A program made the position numbers and the translations under genes. Shown one piece after another: positions 1 through 10,615 of a DNA stretch of 64,000 nt; within the stretch, counting starts at the first letter, position 1, and every line of letters begins with the position of its first letter. Origin of the DNA: the human T2T-CHM13v2.0 reference genome, Homo sapiens; assembly GCA_009914755.4 (NCBI GenBank), contig CP068257.2:37280001-37344000 (forward strand), given 5' to 3'. The notes under the pieces are model-generated. The model had not been told where the DNA came from, made no database searches, and worked only from the letters and a program-made list of their open reading frames with translations.

Positions 1-1984
1 ACAAATTTGAGGAATCAGGTTGTATCAACTCTTCTAGAAAATAGAAAAAGATGGAAAGCTACACAATCGATTTCATGAAGCTAAATTAATCTTGATTTCT
101 GTACCTAACAAAGATAATGCAATAAAGAAAAGAAAATCATGAGCTAGTCTCACTTAGGAGTAATTTTTAAATCCTAAATAAAGTAGCGGCAAAATAAATA
201 GTATCCTAAAGGAATTTTCTATCATGATCAAGGAAAGCATATCTTATCTTGGGAATGCAAAAGCATTCAATTTTAGAAAATTCAACGTTATAATACTTTA
301 TGTCAGCGGTCCCCACATTTATTAGGATTTAAAGGGCATTAAATAACACCTAAAACACATTCTCACATTGTTAAAAATCCTTAGGGAAAATGAGAACTCA
401 AGGATACTTCTTTCACATCATAATTATGTAAACGTAAACAAGTGGCCAGCATATGAAACATTAAAAGTATTCCTGTTAAAACCAGAAACAAGGCAGGTGT
501 GTCTACTATTTCACCTTGCTCAAGAAGATCAGAGTCATGTAATAAGACTGGAAGTAGAACTATGAACCATAACTAAGAGAAAGGAGGTGATTAAAAGTTC
601 ATTATAAACTAACAACATGGCTGGATAACCTAAACACCCAAGGGATTCAACTCTAAGCACTTTGAATTGAAAAAAAAAACAAAGTAAAGGGACCAGATTA
701 AAAAATAATAATAAACGTACAACAGTCCATTGCTTTTCCATACACCAACATGAAGCAAACAAAAATATACTCTCATTGGTGAAAAAGATTTCATTCTTAT
801 TCAGAACATGAAGAAAAAAAAACTATTGAGATACAATACAAACATAATCAACAAACAGAACAAAATGAAATGCTACACAGCCGGTAAAAATCTGTAACAG
901 TAAGTGAAAATCACTCTGGAGAAAAAAATAAAATAAAATAAAAAAACAAACAAAGCCCAGTATCCATGAATATATTCACTATGATTCTTTTTTTATAGAC
1001 TACAGGTTAGATATAATGTTAGAAAATAAAAACAAAAATAATGGCAAGTAAACCTATGAGATTTTAATAGTAATTATTTTTGTGAGATCAATTTTTAGAT
1101 CAACCTTATTTTCTGTATGCATTCATGCTATATTATCTACAACAAGCAAGTATTACTTTTGAGATCAGATCAGGAAAGAATTTTAATTTGTTGAGTTGAC
1201 TTGAGATAAAAAAATTAACCAATAAATTCACTGGCTACATATGATTTTCAAGATTTCTGAATCACCCTGGGGATGAGAGCTTTTCTAAAACATGGGGTTA
1301 GCACACAGGAGCCATAGGTCTGAGGCAAAGTTCAAATGGATGAGAATGGAAACGTTGCTCTGGCTTACCCAAGCTGGCCAGTCTGTCTAGAACTAATTTA
1401 AGAACATAAAGATGACATCATTGCAGGTGTTCTTTCAAAGTGGAGCACCCATTTATAATGCTTCTGGCTGACAAAATTGGAAAGGAGACAAGGTTTAAAA
1501 AGCCTCAGATATTCTTTTTGTCGATGCTCACCATCTTTATCTTCAAATAAAACTATTTATATTTCTTCTGTCTGCCCCTTGGGCTCTGGTTCTTGGTTAA
1601 GAAATGTCTCATAAATTTCAGAAGAGGAGGAAAACAGAAGGTGATGGTACAGAACATTCTATTTTCAAGACTATAAATATTTCAACTTCTCGAAGAGATC
1701 ACCTATCATGAAAACTTCAGATCTTCCTAAGTAAGTCTTATAAAAATTAACTATAAAGTTTATGACAGTTTCCACAATCAAGTACTGTATGCCAGATTGG
1801 CTTAAAGCATTTAGAAATGAGCAGCCTGAATGTTGGCAAAAGGTCACATACTGGAAAAGAGTAATGTCCAATTCAAAAAGTGAAAAGTAAGAGACGCTGC
1901 CAATCCAAAAATTGAATGCCCAAACTTTACTGAATTCTGTTAATAAAATCAACAAGTTGTTCCACTGTACAGGCAGGGTTACTA

Positions 1985-2110
1985 CTTTATGCTGATAATC
2001 CAATAAGTGTTTATTAAGCACCTGCTATTTACAAAGCACTGTGCTGGACGCTGTAGAGAGAATTGATAAAATATCTCAAGGAACTTAGAAGGTAACCAGG
2101 GAAAAGGACA
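1985..2110 (-). mobile_element. MIR SINE fragment, core region
   Basis: Matches the MIR core 'cacctgctatttacaaagcactgtgctggacgctgtagagag' (compare 'cacttactatgtgccaggcactgtgctaagcgctttacatg'). The strand is relative to the remembered consensus. Confidence 0.35.
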
Positions 2111-2147
2111 AGTACAAAAATAAATAATAGAACTCTTACCAATTAAC

Positions 2148-3030
2148 GTGAGCAACCAAATAACCTGATTTTAAACATGGGCAAAAGAACAGACACTTAA
2201 CAGAAGAACATGTAGGAATGGTCAGGAAGCACATGACAGGTCGCTCAGCACCATTAGTCATCAGAGAAACGGAAATTAAAACTACATCAAGATGCCATTT
2301 CACACCCACTAGAGTCGCTCAAATAAAAATGATTGACAATGCCAAATGTTGGCCAAGATGTAGAGAAACCGGAACTATCTTATATTACTAGGGGAGAGTA
2401 ATGGTACAATCATGTTAAAAAACTGTTTGGCAATTCTCTTAAAGCTACCCTATTGCCCAGCAATTCCATTTCTAGGTATGAATACTTACCCCAAAGAAAT
2501 GAAAACCTATGTCTACAGAAAGCGTATGCAAGAATGTTTATAGCTGCTTTATTTACAATAGCCTTCTTCCCCAAAATGACAAATGTCCATCAACAGGAGG
2601 ATGGGTAAACAAACTGTGGTATAGTCATACAGTAGAATACTATTGAGCAATTAAATAGAACAAGTTACTAATAGGTGCAACAACATGGGCACATCTCAAA
2701 AACTCCACTTTGAGAGACAGAAGTCACACACACAAAGAATACATGTTGGAAGAATTCATTTGTTTGAAACTCTAGAACAGGCAAAACTGTTCTATGAGGT
2801 TAAAGCTATGGTGATAGAAGTCAAAAAGTGGCTGCCTCCAAGATTGTGGGGGTGGATCAACAATTCACTGGAAAGGGAGAGAAGAGGAAGTTCTGGGGTG
2901 GTGGATGTGTTCTGAATCTTGATTGGGATGATGGTTACACAGGTGTACAATTGTCCAAACTTATCAAACTAAGCATGTAAGATCTGTGCATTTTGTTGTA
3001 CTTAAATTATACTTCATTTTTTAATACTCA
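2148..3030 (+). mobile_element. L1 LINE 3'-end fragment, ORF2 C-terminus plus 3' UTR, old L1M/L1P-like
   Basis: Co-linear with the L1 3' end: 'atgggcaaaagaacagacacttaac...catcagagaaacggaaattaaaactacatcaagatgccatttcacacc...gaaaccggaactatcttatattactaggg...cccagcaattccatttctaggtat...aatagccttcttccccaaaatgacaaatgtccatcaacagg...gtagaatactattgagcaattaaa'. It is diverged, so old. Confidence 0.75.
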
Positions 3031-3734
3031 GAAAAGGTAAAAATAGAAACAGTAGACATTTGACAGTTGTGAGTTTGCATTGCAAGGACTACAAAATTCC
3101 TCAAATTTGTTAATATCACCATAGAACAGGACTTCACAATAAAATGTTCACTTTCGCATGAAAGGGAGGAGGTCAGGGTGAGTATGGGATGATGAAGCCA
3201 CAGTGACGCCAGATGCCAGGTGAAAACAGGAACCCACCTCTGGGGCCCATTCCTGTAGTGCCTGAGACTCAAAGTTGGGCCTCATAAAAATTGTAACTCA
3301 TCGCACATCATGAATCTCTACACTAGCTTACAAAGGCTCAAAAGGGAGGATTTTAAATCCAAAAATGTAACTACTGTACAAGATAGAATATTAGAAACAT
3401 GAGAAGGAAGTTATAATATTTTAAATGAGGTCTAAAATGACAGCTAAATCTCTCCTCCTGAGTAGTAAAACCACATTAACTCATATAGTCACCACTCCTT
3501 GTATGAGTCTGGCCCCATCCAAAAGGGGTGGAGTTTAAATTGGTTCTATGATTTGAAACAAACACATGGAAAGCCCTACTGGGATATTTATTAGCTACAT
3601 TAAGATACACCCCTTAAGAACCTTTAAAAAAACTCTACCATGTTATCTGGTGTAGTTCTGCTCAGGATACCTTGTGGGAATATAAATGACAAAAATTTAA
3701 AATTGCCTTAGAAAAGAGTTTTCACATTGCTATG

Positions 3735-4440
3735 ATCCAAATGTTGGTGTCTTCCCAAAATTCATATGTTGGAACTTAATGCCTGATATGGTCTGGCTGT
3801 GTCCCCACCCAAATCTCGTCTTGAATTATAGTTCCCATAATTCCCACATGTTGTGGGAGGGACCTGTTGGGAGATAACTGAATCATGAGGGCGGTTTCCC
3901 CCAGACTGTTCTCGTGGTAGTGAATAAGTCTCACAAGATATGATGGTTTTATAAGGGGAAACCCCTTTTGCTTGGGTCTCATTCTCTCTTGCCTGCTGCC
4001 ATGTAAGACGTGACTTTCGCCTTCCACCATGAATGTGAGGCCTCCCCAGCCACGTGGAACTGTGAGTCCATTAAACCTCTTTTTCCTTATAAATTACCCA
4101 GTCTCAGGTATATCTTTATCAGCAGGTGGAAATGAACTAATGCAATGCCCAGTGTGATAGTATAAAGAAGTGGGGCCTTTTGGAGGTGATTTGCTCTTGA
4201 AGGCTCTGCCCTCATGAATGGGATTAGTGCCCTTATAAAAGAGGCCTGAGAGGGCCTCCTTGCCCTTTTTGCCATGTGAGGACACAGCAACAAGGCAGAG
4301 AACAAGTCCTTGCCAGACACAAATCTTCCTTGATCTTGGACTTCCCAACCTCCAGGACTGTGAGCAATAAATTTCTGTTGTTTATAAATTACCTAATCTA
4401 AGGTGTTATGCTATAGCAGCCCAAATGGATGAAGACACAC
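3735..4440 (+). mobile_element. MLT1/MST-type MaLR LTR, split by a nested THE1 LTR at 3784-4144
   Basis: The 5' piece 'cccaaaattcatatgttggaacttaatgcc' and the 3' piece 'cagtgtgatagtataaagaagtggggccttttggaggtgatt...ccatgtgaggacacagcaacaaggc...cttggacttcccaacctccaggactgtgagcaataaatttctgttgtttataaattacctaatctaaggtgttatgctatagcagcccaaatgga' join into one MLT1-like LTR. Confidence 0.55.
3784..4144 (+). mobile_element. THE1 (MaLR) solo LTR, nested, with 5-bp target duplication 'atgcc'
   Basis: Start 'tgatatggtctggctgtgtccccacccaaatctcgtcttgaattatagttcccataattcccacatgttgtgggagggacc'. End 'ccacgtggaactgtgagtccattaaacctctttttccttataaattacccagtctcaggtatatctttatcagcag...aactaatgca'. 'atgcc' is at 3779-3783 and again at 4145-4149. 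Confidence 0.8.
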
Positions 4441-5395
4441 ATATTAGGCAATAATTATGTCAGTTAAATTTGGTGTGTTTACACCAAACGTCTTCAACAT
4501 TTTCCCTGCCCTAATATTTGCAAGGAGCACATTAAGTATCTGCCCATTAGCACAGATGCCTCCATAAGGCAGTGGTGTTAAAAGGAGGGGAATGGTGTAA
4601 AGATGTTCCCCGGTTGGTGGCAGGGGTAGGGGGTATGATATATAGTTTCCCTCCCCCACCATGAGAATTACTAATTCAATAAGGAATTAAATTAATCAAG
4701 TGCCAATATGCTTATTATGGCTTTTGTTTTTGCTTTTGGTTTTTTGCTCAGGTTCGAGGGCATCTTTGATTTTTCTCATTCTTCCCAAGACCTTACATGG
4801 TCTGGCCCCCGCATTCCTCCTTTGCCCCAGCCTCCTACTTTCCCCCCTCCCTTAAGACCCAAGCTGCACTGGCCTCCTTGCTATTTCTTGAACATGTCAG
4901 ATGCTCCTGCCTTAACACCTTTGTGGTGGCTGTTCCACCTGCCTGAACCCCCTTTCCCAGACACCCCAACGACTAACTCCTTTACCTCTTGCAGGCTTTC
5001 TCATAAAGGTCATTCTCTTAGAAGGGCCAACCTTGACCATTCCTATTTAAAACTGCAATCTGTCCTCTCACAGGCAAGGCCTATGCCCTCCTTCCTCTCT
5101 CTGCACTCCTTTCTTTCCAGTGCACTCATCACCTTTGACATACTGTGACTTTTTTTATCTTATTGTGTTTATTGCCTTATTGTGTTATATGTATTATCTA
5201 TTATATTATTATCTTTTATTTTTTGTTTATTGCCTGCTCCTCCTGCTACAACATAAGTGCTCCGTGGCAGGTGTCTTTGCTCATTTTACTAACTTCTCTT
5301 AAGCACCTACGACTCAACCTGTCACATAGCAGGTGTTCAACAAATGTTTATCAAGTGAATAAATGTATTCTTTTCTATGCTTCTTTAAATAAATA

Positions 5396-5830
5396 CAGCT
5401 GACCCTTGAACAATGTCGAGGTTAGGGGTGCTGACCCCACACACAGTCAAAAATCCACATATGACTTTTGACTCTTTCAAACTTAACTACTAATAGCCTA
5501 CAAGTAGTCTTACCAATAACATGAACAATCAATTGATATGTATTTTGTATGTCATCTATATTATACACTGTATTCTTACAATAAAGTAAGCTAGAGGACA
5601 GCAAGTATTATTAAGGAAATCATAAGGAAGAGAAAACATACTTACTATTCAGTAAGTGGGAATGGATCATCATAAAGGTCTTCATCCTTGTCATCTTCAT
5701 GTTGAGTGGGCTGAGGAAGAGGAGGAGGAAAAGGAGTTGGTCTTGCTGTCTCAAGAGTGGCAGAGGTGAAAAAAATCTGCCTAGAAGTGGACCCACAGAG
5801 TTCAAACCTGTGTTGTTCAAGGGTCCACCG
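5396..5830. mobile_element. Non-autonomous Tigger-type (TcMar) DNA transposon (MITE-like) with inverted termini and TA target duplication
   Basis: Left end 'cagctgacccttgaacaatgtcgaggttaggggtgctgaccccacacacagtcaaaaatccacatatgacttttgac'. Reverse complement of the right end is 'cggtggacccttgaacaacacaggtttgaactctgtgggtccacttctaggcagatttttttc'. TA flanks both ends (5394-5395, 5831-5832). Confidence 0.65.
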
Positions 5831-7891
5831 TATAACCATGATATTAGCATTGTGAACATTCTCTCTTCGTCTCCTCCTTCCACCTACCCAACTCTCCACT
5901 CAGGGGAGATTTATAAGCAAGATTTTGAACACTGAAAATCAAATTAAGTGGTCTGGAAAAGCTGCAATGGCAAACAGGGGAAAACGATTTGGAAAGCAGC
6001 CCTTAACCCTACATTTTCCTATCCTGTGAAAGCTGTGAAGAATTGTGCCTACACGAGGCCAATGGCCCCAGCTCTATCCTCTAATCACCTTCTTCTTCTA
6101 TTTCCCAAATGTAACACTTACCCAGCCAACAAGTAAGGAAATAGATTAGAAAGCTTTTGAGTGACTCTTTTAGTGAACCTGGACCCCAATCAATCAGAAA
6201 AGTTACGTGGGATTATGCCATTGGCATTAGTTTTTCATGTATGGTAAATACATGGGTTCGTCTCATTTGAAAGGAATAGGCACATTCGTGTCATCTTAAG
6301 AACTGGGGTTTTATGATTTATTTAAGGAGCCATCTAGTAATAAGGTATACAGGGGTAGGACAGAACCTAATGTATTACAGGCTCCATAGAGGATAGACTT
6401 GGGAGGTTGTTCAGGACTGAAGCTGGCTCTGGGCTCCTTGTTGGCTTGTTGCCCCATTAACATCAGGAATTCTTGGATCTTCACTATGGCACTCCCATTG
6501 GTATGGATCTCCTACTGTCTATTGATTTCTGCTTCTCTCTAGGCATTTTCTTTTTTCTCTTCTTGTACCATCTGACTGACTCCATCCATGTCTCCAGGAG
6601 GAAGAATGTGACCATACTTGCTAATTACCATGGTCCACGCTTAGGGCTCTTACCCCATGGCCTCTTGTAGGTCATCAGTCAACCCACAAAGTGGCTGCCT
6701 GTGGTTTAGGTAGGACCATTAATCAAGGGGAACACAGCAGGCTTGTGTTTCACCATAATCATAGCCAACCCCTCTTTGAGACTATTCCCCACAGGACCTC
6801 TGGGATCGTGTCAAGCTCAATACATTGATCCAGGTACCCAGAACGCCAGTCACTGTGTCTTTGTCCCCACTCAGAACACATTACCCCTGATCTTTTCTTA
6901 CCAGCATTCTAACCCTCTAGCCTTCATCGTGGGGAAGCGTTGACAGCTTAATACGAAACAGTCTCACCACAAAACAACCTGCTGGTTTCTGGAAACTCCC
7001 CAGCTCCCAGACTAAGGCATTCAGGACAATCCAAACTCCCATTTCCACAAATTCCAGAATGGATTTTCATAAGCATCAGGAACACTGAAAGGGCCTGTAG
7101 GCTCCACAGGGCACCTACATTTCCTGGGGCTTCCCTCAGAAAGAAGGTGGAGGGTAAATGCGGTGGCCGCGTATAAGGAAAGGAAAATGAAGGTTTTCAA
7201 GCCTGCATGAAGCCTAGAAAGTGCCACTGTGTGTAGCCACACCCATAAATATTTTTGCTTTGGTAAAATTACAGGCAGAGGGCCCTGCCAATTCAGAAAA
7301 CAATCTATTGGCTGCCATTGCCTTGTGTTCCACACTCTGTGCGGTACCCACTGCATAGAGAAAGTCACCTGGAATTAATAGGATTCCTTGATATTTGTTT
7401 TCAACAAATACTTCCTGAATGCCTACTATGCACCAAACTCCACAGTCAGGAACAGGCCTAATCCTGTTGGTGTTTTTATTTCAGTCTCAGCTCTGTCAAC
7501 CTGCTTGAAGCTGCAAGGAATTTGGTGCTCGGGGACAGGCCTCCACAAGTCCAATGAAGTTGGCTGCGTTTCTGATTCACTTCTCTATCCAAGAATAAAA
7601 ATAGGGGCTGATCTACTCAAACGATCCTGGGAGATTAAAAGATTTTGAAGCCAAAACAAAACCCGAGATAAGCTGCCTACGTGTGCGTGAGGAGGCAAGT
7701 CAGTTCCAGGAGCCAGCAGTGTCCGGGAAGGGCTCCCCGCAGCCTGACAGGACTTGTCCCAGCGACCTCTTCCCTCCCGAGGTCCTGTTACCTGTGTGCG
7801 TGTCAGGACAAAGCCCTCTGTGCCACTGGCCTCCCTCTCACGTGGTGCTGTCCTGCCCTTTTTTGCTCGGTAATTTCCAGTTAAAGCTCAG

Positions 7892-7892
<1 letters not shown>

Positions 7893-7929
<37 letters not shown>
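7893..7929. repeat. (TG)n microsatellite, about 18.5 units
   Basis: Uninterrupted 'tgtgtg...' run. Confidence 0.97.
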
Positions 7930-7931
<2 letters not shown>

Positions 7932-8856
7932 ATGTCTACTCCACTCATCACAAATACCTTTAATAAGCAAATTTACCTCCTCCATTTGCTGAATTTTATG
8001 TCTTCTCTATTCCTTGATGAGAATTGAATGGGATCATTCCATGGCTTTGACATTGGTTTCTTGTCCTCTCAAGGGCTCACAGAGCACGGCCCAGAAAGGA
8101 CTAATGGTGCCGGTGCTGTAGCAGGACCTCCTCTATTTGGGACAGCCTAGCACGTGAAATCCTCTAGGACCCCCAGCCTGCAGTGGGTGGTCAGTGTGTG
8201 CAGTGAAAGAGCAGGGATTCCAATGTTGAGCTGAGGTGAATGTAAAGGGGGAAGACCTCTCAGAAGATGCAGGTAGGAACGGGAGCAAGAGTCCCCCTAA
8301 GCAATCTTTCCTTCTTTGCCTTCCACCAGATGTTTGCTAAACATCTGGAAGCAAACACCTGGACCACCTGCAACTTGGCAGAGGGAAGGAGCCTGGCCAA
8401 GAGAATAAAAAAGGACCAGCCACACTTCACTGTAAGCCATATCCCCAGGCTTCTCATTTCCCCTACCTGGGGAGGCAATGACAATAATAGACTTCAGAAG
8501 TTAATTGACTTAATGAGTGGAACTCCTTCAATCCATTGAAGGCCTCAGTAGAACAACAACAACAAAAAGTGGAGGGAGAGAAAATTCTTTCTCTCTGCCT
8601 AATTGCTTGAGCTGGGTTATTGTGTTCTCCTGCCCTCAGACTGCGACTTACACCTTTGGTTCTCCAGTTTCATTTCTGTGGACTTGGACTAGAACTCATA
8701 CCATCAGTTCTGGTTCTCAGGCCTTCAGAATCAAACTGGAACGGCACCAGCAGCCTTCCTGGGTCTCCAGCTTGCAGACAGCAGACTGTGGAACTTCTCA
8801 GCCTCCATAATCACATGAGTCAATTCCTTATAATAAACCTCTCTCTCTCTCGACAG

Positions 8857-8906
8857 GTAGATAGAAAGATAGATAGATAGATAGATAGACAGATAGATAG
8901 ATAGAT
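8857..8906. repeat. (GATA)n tetranucleotide microsatellite, preceded by a short (CT)n
   Basis: 'gtagatagaaagatagatagatagatagatagacagatagatagatagat'. Confidence 0.95.
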
Positions 8907-9220
8907 CCCTTTACAGCAGGTGGCAGCTAAGGAGGATCTTCCTAGTGGAGGCTGCATGAACATAAAGGGCAGCCCTAGTGCTGGATCCTGGCCCTTGCAG
9001 GTGAGACGGCTCTGATGAGCAGAGGAACACCAGGGTTCTCCGTCTCCAAATTAGATAAAATGACCTGGACATACATGGAGTGGTTTTAAGAAGCAGAGAG
9101 TTTAACAGGCAAGAAAGAAGGGAGAAGAAAGAAGGAAGAAGCTCCCCTGTTACAGACACAGAGGAATGGGGAGCTCCAAAGCCAAGAGAGGAGACCCCCT
9201 GTGCCACGGAAAAGTGGCTG

Positions 9221-9352
9221 CTTATATAAATAGGCTGGAGGAGGTGATGTCTGATTTGCATAGGGCTCAGGGGATTGGTTCCACCAGGCATGTCACTCAC
9301 GTAGCCTGCAGAAAAAACTGGCCCTCCCACCCTAGTCTTTTAATATGCAAAT
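9221..9352 (-). promoter_or_regulatory. Promoter-like motif cluster: two octamer motifs, an inverted CCAAT and a TATA-like box (speculative)
   Basis: TATA-like 'cttatataaatagg' 9221-9234; ATTTGCAT 9254-9261; ATTGG 9274-9278; ATGCAAAT 9345-9352. On the minus strand the order reads octamer, CCAAT, octamer, TATA. Confidence 0.15.
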
Positions 9353-9400
9353 ACAGGGCACCATGATGTTCTACACACATGGGGATATGTGGGGGTGGCC

Positions 9401-9490
9401 ATGTTGATGATAAGCACCCCTCCCCTCCCACCTCCCGCACACCCCCACCCCCCGCACCCCCCCACCCCATCTCCCCTACCCCCCCCCGAG
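9401..9490. repeat. C-rich polypyrimidine/polypurine low-complexity tract
   Basis: 'cccctcccctcccacctcccgcacacccccaccccccgcacccccccaccccatctcccctacccccccccgag'. Confidence 0.9.
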
Positions 9491-10004
9491 AAAGCACACC
9501 TATCCTGTTTGGGTTTACCGCTTCTCAATCAACCACACGGGAGCGTGGGAAGACAACTCACAAACCTCTTTGTGTTTTTTTCAGGTTTTGAAGAGCGAGC
9601 TATAAGCTATATCGTTTTGCTTTGGAAAGACACTGGATTTAGAACCAGCTGCAGTCCTTTAACAACCTCTCTGACCCTCATTATCCATGTGGCCTTTGGC
9701 AACCTCTGTGAGCCTCAGTTTTCTTGTCTTCCCCCGCTATGGGGATGTCAGAGGCAACTCCAGGCGGTAACACACTGGAAAATGCTGCAAGTCCACAGTA
9801 CTGGGTGGAGAGAAATTTATTGTTATTATTGTTGTTCTCTTTCACCCCAAATGGACAGCTTGATCTTTCCCTTAGGGAAACGCTTTCAAATAAAGTGATT
9901 ATGTTTTGGAGACCTAGCAAAATGGATTTGGATAACTTCCATCAGGAGGGAGGAAGAGAGCCGGTGGCCTTTTGTTATGAGACCACAGGTAACCAAATGT
10001 TTGA

Positions 10005-10615
<611 letters not shown>

